From: Sedimentisphaera cyanobacteriorum
GTDB lineage: Bacteria; Planctomycetota; Phycisphaerae; Sedimentisphaerales; Sedimentisphaeraceae
Length of the DNA: 32,000 nucleotides
Assembly: GCF_001997385.1 (NCBI RefSeq)
Contig: NZ_CP019633.1
Location: 480,001-512,000 of the forward strand
Reading direction: 5' to 3'
The stretch's first letter is position 1; the number at the start of each line of letters is the position of its first letter. Both the position numbers and the translations under genes were made by a program. Below the pieces are notes generated by a model. It was not told where the DNA came from. It searched no databases and worked only from the letters and a program-made list of their open reading frames with translations. Shown one piece after another: positions 6,661 through 14,948 of this stretch.

Positions 6661-8088
6661 TCAGCGTTTCTTGCGTTTCTTCCCGCGAACCTTTACCTTC
6701 TTGCGCTTAGACCTTTTCTTCTGTTTTCCTGACCCGCCCATGGAGTTTAACATACTCATATCACCGCTGAGAAGGCCTTTCATAGCGCTCATCGACCCGG
6801 TTTCCCCTGAAGCCATCATTTTCATCATATCGCGGCTTCTTTTGAAGGTTTTTATCAGCCCGGAAACATCGTTCACCGTGAGCCCGCATCCTGCAGCAAT
6901 ACGCCTGCGTCTTGAAGCGGTCAATACCTCTGGGTCTTTGCGTTCGTTGTATGTCATGGAGCGGATTATAGCTTCAATCCGCTTAAATTCCTTCTCATCA
7001 ACGTCTAAATCATCCATCTTGCCGGCCATTCCGGGGAGCATTTTCATCATGCTCATTATACCGCCCATATTTTTGATTTTAGACATCTGCTTGAGGAAGT
7101 CGTCTAGGCCGAATTTACCTTCGGCCATCTTGTTTTTGAGTTTATCTGCTTCTTTTTCGTCGTATTCGCTTTGCGCTTTCTCCACAAGCGATACCACATC
7201 TCCCATCCCGAGGATCCTGCCGGCCATTCTGTCCGGATGGAATTTCTGCAAGTCTTCAATCTTCTCGCCCACGCCTGCAAACTTTATCGGTTTGCCCGTT
7301 ACAGCCTTAACGCTCAGAGCAGCTCCGCCTCTTGCATCGCCGTCGAGTTTTGTAAGGATCACACCGTCCAGCTCGAGCCGGTCGTTGAATTCTTTCGCTG
7401 AGTTCACAGCGTCCTGGCCGGTCATCGAATCGCATACGAGGTATATCTGGTGCGGGGTGGCGGCTTTGGCCACATTGGACACTTCGTCCATAAGCTCCTG
7501 ATCCACGTGGAGCCGGCCGGCGGTATCGAGGATTACCACATCCGCATCGTTTTTCTTTGCGTCTTTGAGCCCGTTTTTTGCAACCTTCACCGAATCCTTG
7601 CTGTCTTCACAGTACACCGGCACATCAATCTGCTCGCCGAGGGTTTTCAGCTGTTCTATAGCCGCAGGCCTCTGGAGGTCAACTGCAACCATCTGAGGCT
7701 TTTTGCCCTCGCTTCGCACGTAGTTTGCAAGCTTGGCGGCAGTGGTTGTTTTGCCGCAGCCCTGAAGGCCGGCAAGCATTATCACTGTTGGGCCGGGGGA
7801 TACGTAGTATATGTCGCTGCCCTCAGGCCCCATGAGCTTGGTGAGCTCATCCTGAACGATCTTTATCAGAACCTGACCGGGCTTTAAGCTCTGTACTACC
7901 TCCGCTCCGAGAGCAGCCTCGCGAACGTCCTTGCAGAACTGCTTGGCAACCTGATAATTAACATCCGCCTCCAGAAGCGCCTTGCGCACTTCGCGCATTG
8001 CGTCTGAGATGTTAGACTCAGTTATCCTGCCGCGCCCTGAAAGCGACTTAAATACACTGTTGAAACGATCTGTTAGAGATTCAAACAT
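6661..8088 (-). CDS. ffh: Signal recognition particle protein Ffh
   Basis: MFESLTDRF..LSGRGRITE N-domain. GTPase motifs GLQGCGKTTT, DTAGR, TKLDGD. Met-rich M domain (GGIMSMMKMLPGMAG). Polybasic C-terminal tail. Confidence 0.95.
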   Translation of the reverse strand: MFESLTDRFNSVFKSLSGRGRITESNISDAMREVRKALLEADVNYQVAKQFCKDVREAALGAEVVQSLKPGQVLIKIVQDELTKLMGPEGSDIYYVSPGPTVIMLAGLQGCGKTTTAAKLANYVRSEGKKPQMVAVDLQRPAAIEQLKTLGEQIDVPVYCEDSKDSVKVAKNGLKDAKKNDADVVILDTAGRLHVDQELMDEVSNVAKAATPHQIYLVCDSMTGQDAVNSAKEFNDRLELDGVILTKLDGDARGGAALSVKAVTGKPIKFAGVGEKIEDLQKFHPDRMAGRILGMGDVVSLVEKAQSEYDEKEADKLKNKMAEGKFGLDDFLKQMSKIKNMGGIMSMMKMLPGMAGKMDDLDVDEKEFKRIEAIIRSMTYNERKDPEVLTASRRRRIAAGCGLTVNDVSGLIKTFKRSRDMMKMMASGETGSMSAMKGLLSGDMSMLNSMGGSGKQKKRSKRKKVKVRGKKRKKR

Positions 8089-8461
8089 TTATGATACCAT
8101 ATAAATTTACTGCTGTACGAAGGTCTCTGCGCAAAGATAGACGAGGAATTCTAACAAATAAAGGAGCATTTTCAAGCGAAAATCCTTGCTTCAGCCCCTC
8201 TTTTAGGGATATTTTTCTTAATATTATCATCTCGGCAGTTATTCGCCGAGTCGCTGCAGGGGCGAATACGGGTTTTCACTGCGACTGCTCTGCGAGAATG
8301 TTCCAAGGATTATAAAGCCCGCTGAAATGCGGCGTCCTCTCTCATCGCAATCCGTATCACCAATAGCTTGCCGTCAGCTTGCTAATTTTTCTTGAAACAT
8401 TATCATTCACGGTTTGAAAATAAAGACAGCTATTTCAGGATTTATCAGGAGCTTTAAGAAA

Positions 8462-10189
8462 ATGAGATACAGCCAGACATTGATTCCCACTACAAGGGAA
8501 GTGCCCTCTGATGCGGAAATTCCGAGCCATCAGCTTATGATACGTGCCGGCCTTATTCGAAAGATAGCCAGCGGGATGTATGCCTATCTGCCTGCCGGTA
8601 TGAAATCTCTTCTCAAGATCGAAGAGATTGTTCGCGAGGAGATGAACCGGGCGGGCGGCTGCGAAACCCTTATGCCAAGTGTACACCCGAGGGAACTATG
8701 GGTTCAGACGGGCCGTGATGAGGATTACGGCGATACCATGGCTCGCTTTCAGGACAGGCACGGCAGGTGGAATGTACTCAGCCCCACAGCAGAGGAGGTT
8801 TATGCCTATATCGGCTCAAATGAGATAAGCTCATACAAGCAGCTCCCGATAAATATGTATCAGATAAGCTTTAAGTTTCGTGATGAATTCCGTCCTCGTT
8901 TCGGCGTATTGCGTTCACGGGAATTCTTGATGAAAGACGGCTACAGCTACCACGCCACCCCCGAATGCCTGCATAAAACCTATATGAAGATGTACGGGGC
9001 ATATAAGCAGATTTTCGAGAGGTGCGGCGTGCCTTACGTTATTCTCGAGGCAGAAGCAGGCGAGATGGGCGGAAGCGGGTCTCATCAGTTTACCGTTCCT
9101 TGCGAAAGCGGCGAGGATGTAATCGTTTACACAGAAGACAGCAGTTATGCAGCGAATATCGAGAAGGCTGCAATCGATCCCTCAGAGGCAGCTGCTGAAA
9201 GAATCACCGACGCACCTGAAGAAGTTCATACGCCGAATGCAGGCAGTATTGAGGCGGTTTGCCAGATGCTGGGAACAAAGCCTGAGCAGATGATTAAATC
9301 CCTGATACATTCAGACAGGGAAGGGCGTATTATTGTTGCTGTTCTTCGCGGAGACCACGAGCTCAATGAAGAAAAGCTCTCTCAGCTTCTCGGCGGAGAG
9401 AAAACTGAAATGGCCTCTGAAGAGCAGATTAAGGAGTTTACAGGAGCCTCAGTAGGCTTTGCAGGTCCTCAAGGGCTTTGCGAAAAGGCGCACAGGGTTT
9501 TTATAGACCACAGCGCGGCAGCAATGCCCGGCGGTGCAGTGGGGGCAAATAAGGATGATTATCACGTGAAAAATATTGTTCCGGGCAGGGATTTCCCGCT
9601 CGAAGGCGAGAATATCCAAACGGCTGATATAAGAAATGCCGTTGAAGGCGATACGCACGAGGGCAAAAAACTGCTCTTCAGGAAGGGGATTGAAGTCGGT
9701 CAGGTTTTCAAACTCGGCACAAAGTACAGCACGAAGCTTGAATGCGAATTTCTGGATGAAAACGGCAAGCGCAAACCCTGCCTTATGGGCTGTTACGGCA
9801 TAGGGCTGAACAGGATTATGGCATCCGCTATTGAAACAAATTACGACGATAGCGGAATTAAATGGCCGATAAGCATCGCACCGTTCGAGGCAGTGGTTGT
9901 GCCCATAGGCAAGAAAGATGAGGCCGAAGCAGGCGAAAAGCTCTACAGCGAGCTGAAAGAGAAGGGCATTGATGTGCTTCTGGACGACAGAAACGCACGA
10001 CCGGGCGTAAAGCTCAACGATGCAGACCTGCTTGGGGTACCTGTGAGGATAACTGTAGGCCGCAAGAGCCTTGCTGAAGGCAATGTAGAGATGAAGCTGA
10101 GAAGCGAGAGCGAAAACAGCCTGATAAAACTGGAAGAAGCCGCAGGCAAGGCCGCCGAACTGGTGGAAAAGCTTAGAAGCAGCTTATAG
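8462..10189 (+). CDS. proS: Prolyl-tRNA synthetase (bacterial type with insertion/editing domain)
   Basis: MRYSQTLIPTTREVPSDAEIPSHQLMIRAGLIRK..GMYAYLP, class II motifs (FRDEFRPRFGVLRSREFLMKDGYS; GCYGIGLNRI) and a C-terminal anticodon-binding domain. I prefer the ATG at 8462 over the listed TTG at 8414. Confidence 0.92.
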   Translation: MRYSQTLIPTTREVPSDAEIPSHQLMIRAGLIRKIASGMYAYLPAGMKSLLKIEEIVREEMNRAGGCETLMPSVHPRELWVQTGRDEDYGDTMARFQDRHGRWNVLSPTAEEVYAYIGSNEISSYKQLPINMYQISFKFRDEFRPRFGVLRSREFLMKDGYSYHATPECLHKTYMKMYGAYKQIFERCGVPYVILEAEAGEMGGSGSHQFTVPCESGEDVIVYTEDSSYAANIEKAAIDPSEAAAERITDAPEEVHTPNAGSIEAVCQMLGTKPEQMIKSLIHSDREGRIIVAVLRGDHELNEEKLSQLLGGEKTEMASEEQIKEFTGASVGFAGPQGLCEKAHRVFIDHSAAAMPGGAVGANKDDYHVKNIVPGRDFPLEGENIQTADIRNAVEGDTHEGKKLLFRKGIEVGQVFKLGTKYSTKLECEFLDENGKRKPCLMGCYGIGLNRIMASAIETNYDDSGIKWPISIAPFEAVVVPIGKKDEAEAGEKLYSELKEKGIDVLLDDRNARPGVKLNDADLLGVPVRITVGRKSLAEGNVEMKLRSESENSLIKLEEAAGKAAELVEKLRSSL

Positions 10190-10548
10190 TTTGCTGGACA
10201 TTATCGTTTTGTGATTCAGGGCGGGCAAATACGTTCGCCCTTAACTGCGGTTGGGCGGTTTAGGCGCAAAAGAAAAGCCGGATGAGAGTCTCAACCGGCC
10301 TTCGCAGTATATGTTTTGGAGGTACGTTATGAAAAAGCTTTGTTCTTTGTTTTGTTCTTCTTATTGTTCTTACTTACCTTACAATAATTGATGCTGGTTA
10401 GTTCGAAAAAATAATATTATTTTTAAAAAAACTTAGTTTTTTTTAACTTAACAGGTCTCTGTTTTGATAATTCCCCTTACAGTCATTTTACTCACCATTT
10501 TGTGAATAGGGTTGGCAAATTATTTTTTAGTTTTTTCCTTTTCCAATA

Positions 10549-10577
10549 TTGCATACAGCCGGCTTTATTGCTAAAAT
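10549..10577 (+). promoter_or_regulatory. Probable promoter of the thiC leader
   Basis: TTGCAT (10549-10554), a 17-nt spacer, then TAAAAT (10572-10577). This would start transcription just 5' of the riboswitch aptamer. Confidence 0.5.
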
Positions 10578-10583
10578 ATGTTT

Positions 10584-10670
10584 AAAGCCGGGGGTGGCCT
10601 GAATTGGCCTGAGAGATACCCTTCGAACCTGATCAGTCCCGAAAAGGGCAACTGCGTAGGAATGGCGGAG
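10584..10670 (+). promoter_or_regulatory. TPP (THI-box) riboswitch aptamer
   Basis: GGGGTG..CTGAGA (10609-10614)..ATACCC..GAACCTGATC (10627-10634)..GCGTAGGAA match the conserved cores of the TPP riboswitch. It lies directly upstream of thiC. Confidence 0.85.
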
Positions 10671-10689
10671 AGATATTTGAAATTATGAA

Positions 10690-10730
10690 ACGTTTCTCCC
10701 GTCGCGACCGGGGGAAGCGTTTTTTTATTT
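10690..10730 (+). terminator. Intrinsic terminator (expression platform of the TPP riboswitch)
   Basis: A 12-bp stem (ACGTTTCTCCCG / CGGGGGAAGCGT, with two G:U pairs) and a 7-nt loop are followed by TTTTTTATTT. It ends 36 nt before the thiC ATG. Confidence 0.8.
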
Positions 10731-10766
10731 TGAGCCGAATAATTCGGCGCAGAAAGGAGAAATAAT

Positions 10767-12062
10767 ATGCTTACCCAGCTTGAAGCAGCCAAAAAGGCCG
10801 AAATAACAAGCGTTGTGGAAAACGCCGCAGAATATGAGGGGCTCTCTCCGGAGCTTCTTAGAGATGAGATAGCAGCCGGCAGGCTCGTTGTTCCCGCCAA
10901 CGTTATGCATCTTTCATGGAATCTCACCCCGCGAGCAATCGGCAGAAAGGTCAGCACGAAGGTAAACGCCAATATCGGTATGAGCGATGTGCGCTCCAGT
11001 ATTGAGGACGAGAAGGCTAAGATGGCAGTGGCTGTGGATGCCGGTGCGGATGCTGTGATGGATTTGAGCACCGGCGGCGATCTCGATTATGTCCGCAGTG
11101 AGCTGATAAGTGCCTGCCCTCTGCCCTTCGGCACTGTTCCTGTTTATGAGGCTATAACCGGCCGGAATGTAGAAGATATTACGCCTGATTTGATCCTCGA
11201 GATAGTGGAAAAGCAGGCCAAGCAGGGCGTTGACTTTTTCACAATCCATGCAGGGCTTCTCCGCGAGCATCTGCCTCTGCTGAAATCAAGGGTTTGCGGC
11301 ATCGTATCCCGAGGCGGAGCTTTAACGGCAAAATGGATGCTTCATCACAATCGCCAAAACCTGATGTATGATCTTTTCGATGACCTCTGCGATATAATGC
11401 ACGAATATGATGTATGCTTCTCTCTTGGCGACGGCCTTCGCCCAGGCTGCGGTGCAGACGCTACAGACGATGCGCAGATCGCAGAGCTTCGCACCCTCGG
11501 CGAGCTCACCCAGCGTGCATGGGAGAGGGGCTGTCAGGTGATGGTGGAAGGCCCCGGACACGTCCCGTTCAACCAGATCGAGGAGAATATGAGGCTTCAG
11601 CAGGAAATTTGCAAGGATGCCCCGTTTTACGTTCTCGGGCCTCTGGTTACAGATATTGCCCCGGGCTACGACCATATAACAAGCGCCATCGGAGGAACGG
11701 CCGCTGCATACTATGGAGCGAGCTTTCTGTGCTATGTAACCCCGCGTGAGCATTTAGGCCTGCCGGATAATGAAGACGTAAGGCAGGGAGTTGTGGCATC
11801 GAAAATAGCCGCTCACTCCGCTGACGTTGCAAGAGGCCATAATGATTCCGCCGAGCGGGATAGAAGGCTGTCAAAGGCAAGGGCTGATTTAGACTGGGAC
11901 ACACAGATAAGACTCTCTCTCGATCCAAAAACCGCCAAAAGAATGAAAGACGATGCCTCCAAAAACAGTGCTATGAGTCAGGAGCAGGCCGATTACTGCA
12001 CAATGTGCGGAAGAGACTGGTGCAGTGTGAGGATAAATCGCGAAATCAGGGATAATCTATAG
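10767..12062 (+). CDS. thiC: Phosphomethylpyrimidine synthase ThiC (short form)
   Basis: ..NANIG.S.. ..DAVMDLSTGG.. ..FTIHAG.. ..SLGDGLRPG.. ..MVEGPGHVP.. and the C-terminal CTMCGRDWCS radical-SAM-type cluster motif. AGGAG RBS. Confidence 0.95.
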   Translation: MLTQLEAAKKAEITSVVENAAEYEGLSPELLRDEIAAGRLVVPANVMHLSWNLTPRAIGRKVSTKVNANIGMSDVRSSIEDEKAKMAVAVDAGADAVMDLSTGGDLDYVRSELISACPLPFGTVPVYEAITGRNVEDITPDLILEIVEKQAKQGVDFFTIHAGLLREHLPLLKSRVCGIVSRGGALTAKWMLHHNRQNLMYDLFDDLCDIMHEYDVCFSLGDGLRPGCGADATDDAQIAELRTLGELTQRAWERGCQVMVEGPGHVPFNQIEENMRLQQEICKDAPFYVLGPLVTDIAPGYDHITSAIGGTAAAYYGASFLCYVTPREHLGLPDNEDVRQGVVASKIAAHSADVARGHNDSAERDRRLSKARADLDWDTQIRLSLDPKTAKRMKDDASKNSAMSQEQADYCTMCGRDWCSVRINREIRDNL

Positions 12063-12067
12063 TCAGC

Positions 12068-12101
12068 AAAAAAGGGCAGGTTTCAGTCCTGCCCTTTTTT
12101 T
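12068..12101. terminator. Bidirectional intrinsic terminator between thiC and the convergent orf141
   Basis: An A-run (12068-12073), stem GGGCAGG/CCTGCCC with a 7-nt loop, then a T7 run (12095-12101). It reads as a terminator on both strands. Confidence 0.8.
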
Positions 12102-12127
12102 ACTTTTAATGAATAGCTATTACAACT

Positions 12128-12553
12128 TCAAAGCTTGCGTTTTTTGCTGGTTTCAGCTTTTTGCTGCTGTTTTTCGCAGCTGCTCTCCGGCCTTTCCGGA
12201 ATCGAATCAAATACTTCCATGAGCCCTTTGGGTATTTCCTCGCCGGAAATTTCATAGAATCTTTCTACCTGCCATAAGCATGAATATCTTGCTTTGCCTT
12301 TGGGCATTGAGCTTGAGAAAGCCTCATAATACGTTCTGGCTAATGATGGAAGGGCTGCGGTTTTTCGCTTTAGAACTTTCATACTTTCGCCTTTATGCAG
12401 CGCTATTGCATCAGTAGCCACTTCGTTTAGTGAACTGCTGTAAAAAGGGGCAAGAGATATGCTCTTGAATTGATGACTCGAACAAACTGCTCCGCAGATC
12501 CAGCCTCCAATAAATACAACAGCCGCAAGCACCCAATATTTAACTTTTTTCAT
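12128..12553 (-). CDS. Hypothetical membrane-anchored or secreted protein (141 aa)
   Basis: N-terminal hydrophobic segment MKKVKYWVLAAVVFIGGWICGAV. Last gene of the TPR-thiL-tsaE string. No recognisable domain. Confidence 0.5.
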   Translation of the reverse strand: MKKVKYWVLAAVVFIGGWICGAVCSSHQFKSISLAPFYSSSLNEVATDAIALHKGESMKVLKRKTAALPSLARTYYEAFSSSMPKGKARYSCLWQVERFYEISGEEIPKGLMEVFDSIPERPESSCEKQQQKAETSKKRKL

Positions 12554-12626
12554 AGCTTAACTCCTTATCCCCGTCCAAAAACTGCTCTGCGGCCGGAATC
12601 AAAACGGGAAACACTAATTACAAAAA

Positions 12627-13082
12627 TTACGATATGTCCTGCATATTCTCCGATATGTAGTCAGGCATATTAGAAAAGCTGAGCCGCCTTTCTGTCTCGC
12701 TGATATGCTGCAAACTCACTTTTATAGGATTTGTATCAGCAATGCAGCCGGCTACCTTATCCGCCCATTCTATCAATACGACAGAATTCTCATTAATCAT
12801 ATCGTCGAAGCCGAGATTTTCAAATTCTTTTTCGGATTCCAATCTGTAGGCATCGATATGATAAATCATGAGCCTGCCTTCGTATTCATTAACCAAAACA
12901 AACGTGGGGCTTGTAGTCTTTTCTGGAGCTTCTCCCTCGCAGCACCCGCTGGCGATTCCCTTTATAAAGTGTGTTTTCCCTGTCCCCAGATCGCCTGTAA
13001 TGGCGAATATTTCTCCGCCTTTCAGACGTTCGCCGATTTTTCTTCCGATATCAATTGTCTCAGCAACGTTTGATGTTATCAT
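12627..13082 (-). CDS. tsaE: tRNA t6A37 biosynthesis ATPase TsaE
   Basis: ITGDLGTGKTHFIKGIA (P-loop), SPTFVLVNEY and IYHIDAYRL are TsaE/YjeE signatures. Confidence 0.9.
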   Translation of the reverse strand: MITSNVAETIDIGRKIGERLKGGEIFAITGDLGTGKTHFIKGIASGCCEGEAPEKTTSPTFVLVNEYEGRLMIYHIDAYRLESEKEFENLGFDDMINENSVVLIEWADKVAGCIADTNPIKVSLQHISETERRLSFSNMPDYISENMQDIS

Positions 13083-13086
13083 AATA

Positions 13087-13995
13087 TTAACCTAAATGAT
13101 CATAGCCTTCTGGTTTTATTTCAGTTTCCTGTCCCTGGGCGTTTTTAATCTTAAGCCCCTTAGAGGAAACTATCTTACCTATTGTTGATATCTTAAAATC
13201 TGCGTTTTTTATAAAGTCGCTGTTTTTTTCAGGAATTGTAAAAAGAAGCTCAAAATCTTCGCCGTCGTTAAGCGCCGCTGAAAGGGGCTCTTTCTTGTTC
13301 TCAGCCGCCTGCGAGATTGGTATCAGCTCTGATTCGAGAACTGCACCAGCCTCGCTGGCGTTCAGAATTCTGGGCAGGTCGGTGCTTAGGCCGTCTGTGA
13401 TGTCCATCATTGAAGTGGGCGAAAGGTTTTCTGCTATCCAGAGAGCTTCATTAACCTTGGGAGTAAAATTGATGTGCTTGCCTTCAAGCGAGCCTCCCAG
13501 CTCCCCTGTAACACAGATTAGATCACCAGGCTTTGCACCGCCTCTTTCAAGAGGCTTCGTTTCACCGGGACGCGATATTATCGTCGAGCAAACAGCGAGC
13601 TTCCCTTCTGCCTGCCAGCTTGTTATATCGCCTCCTATAAGTGAACAGTTGAACTTGCTGCAGGCTCGTAAAAGCCCCGAATGAAGCTCTTTGAGCTTTT
13701 CCTCACCCCACCAGTCGGGAATGCCGACACTTGCAACCATTGCAAAAGGAACCGTCGCCATAGCTGCTGCATCGCTTAGGCTCACTGCTGCGGCCTTGTA
13801 GCCGATGTTTTCAGGGCTGTGAATATTTGTATCAAAATGGCTTCCGTCCAGCAGCATATCTGTGGAAATAAGGGCGTTATTGTTTTCAAGCTGCATTTGC
13901 GCCATATCATCTCCAATCCCTATCGGGAATTTATCTGAGTTTAATCTTTTCGCCTGAGCAAAGTATGAGGTTATAGAATCTTCAGTGTAATCCAT
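13087..13995 (-). CDS. thiL: Thiamine-monophosphate kinase
   Basis: GIGDDMA, DMLLDGSHF, GYKAAAVSLSDAAAMA, LIGGDIT, GAKPGDLICVTGELGGS: the AIR synthase-like ThiL pattern. Confidence 0.88.
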   Translation of the reverse strand: MDYTEDSITSYFAQAKRLNSDKFPIGIGDDMAQMQLENNNALISTDMLLDGSHFDTNIHSPENIGYKAAAVSLSDAAAMATVPFAMVASVGIPDWWGEEKLKELHSGLLRACSKFNCSLIGGDITSWQAEGKLAVCSTIISRPGETKPLERGGAKPGDLICVTGELGGSLEGKHINFTPKVNEALWIAENLSPTSMMDITDGLSTDLPRILNASEAGAVLESELIPISQAAENKKEPLSAALNDGEDFELLFTIPEKNSDFIKNADFKISTIGKIVSSKGLKIKNAQGQETEIKPEGYDHLG

Positions 13996-14028
13996 GATAA
14001 TTCCTGCGGCTTGATTATCAAAACCGGA

Positions 14029-14778
14029 CTATTCCGCATCCTGCCTGTTTTTAAGCTCTTCAATTCGCAGTGCTGCATTACGTGAGATATCTGCAAGACC
14101 TGTAACATTATCAGCCATATCAATCAGTCTTTGATAATCAGCCTTTGCTGCCTCTATACGATTGAGATCTTCATTGAGCTCTGCACTGTGGATAATCGCC
14201 TTTACCAGATTAGGCAGGGGAGTTTCATCTGAGTTTATCATTTCTTTGAGTTTCTCGCAAGCCTTGTCAAAATCTTCAAGGCAGCAGTAGAATTCAGCCT
14301 GCTTATGCTTTATCTCTGCTTCGGTCATTCCCGCACTGCTGTTTTTCATAGAGAGTATCTTGTCGCTGTCTTGAATAGCTTTCTCGTATTCACCGAGCTG
14401 GGCGTATTCCTTGAGCCTTTCATTGAGCGCATCAGCAAGCATTTCTTGAGGAACATCCTCAATCTCCATTACAGCATTGAGGTCTTCCACGGCCTTCCTG
14501 ATGCCTGCTTTTTCCTCCTCGCTGAGCTCTGGGGCAGCCTCTTCAGGTCCAAGGTCGTTTGGGTCGAAGTCCGGGTCAATTTCATCTCCGCAGTGAGTGG
14601 CGAGCCATTTCCGGCAGTGAGCCCTCATAAGAAGTCCCTGCGCTTTTGTTTGGCCTGAAGCCTCTTGTGAATCTATAACCTCGCTAAGAACCTCTGAAGC
14701 TTTCTCATACTCGTCGCATTCCATTAGTTCCTGAGCTTTTGAAAGCCTTTTTTCGTTTTTATCTTTGTTCCAGAACAT
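14029..14778 (-). CDS. Hypothetical TPR-like helical repeat protein (249 aa)
   Basis: Repeated helical hairpin segments of the form ..YEKA...... (EYEKASEVLSEVI, GEYEKAIQDSDKIL, EDFDKACEKLKEMI). The gap to thiL is 33 nt. Confidence 0.55.
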   Translation of the reverse strand: MFWNKDKNEKRLSKAQELMECDEYEKASEVLSEVIDSQEASGQTKAQGLLMRAHCRKWLATHCGDEIDPDFDPNDLGPEEAAPELSEEEKAGIRKAVEDLNAVMEIEDVPQEMLADALNERLKEYAQLGEYEKAIQDSDKILSMKNSSAGMTEAEIKHKQAEFYCCLEDFDKACEKLKEMINSDETPLPNLVKAIIHSAELNEDLNRIEAAKADYQRLIDMADNVTGLADISRNAALRIEELKNRQDAE

Positions 14779-14948
14779 AATTCAAATCCCGTATTAAGTT
14801 TCCGTACCTATATTAAAAAAAACAGCCCAAATTACAACAAAATAGACTGCTTATTTACCTTGACTGCTATTTTAGTAAAATGTTGCTTTTGTGAAAGCCT
14901 GCGTTGAATCGGGCAGGCAGGTTTAATATTAAATTTAGTGAAAGCTTG

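Noticed and set aside
6671-7501. 276-aa plus-strand ORF (with 7171-7401 and 7450-7887) opposite ffh
   Set aside because: It is entirely antisense to a textbook Ffh gene. The translation is Ser/Pro/Leu/Ile-rich low complexity with no motif and no RBS. It is the mirror ORF of a strongly coding frame.
8091-8315. 74-aa ORF and a set of mutually exclusive hairpins (8231-8250, 8240-8268, 8249-8286) between ffh and proS; considered as a T-box or attenuator for proS
   Set aside because: There is no T-box consensus (no AGAGA/GNUGGUACCGCG-type box) and no U-tract. The best proS promoter match (TTGCTA-16-TATCAT, 8379-8406) lies downstream of the structures. The ORF has no RBS and an implausible composition. 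The hairpins share the GGCGAA/TTCGCC theme of REP-like elements seen elsewhere in the window.
10227-10250. Hairpin AGGGCGGGC-AAATAC-GTTCGCCCT after proS, considered as its terminator
   Set aside because: The 9-bp stem (two G:U pairs) is real, but no U-tract follows on the plus strand. It could be a REP-like hairpin or a weak terminator, so I have not listed it as a terminator feature.
10571-11071. 166-aa minus-strand ORF
   Set aside because: It is antisense to the TPP riboswitch and the 5' part of thiC and has no independent support.
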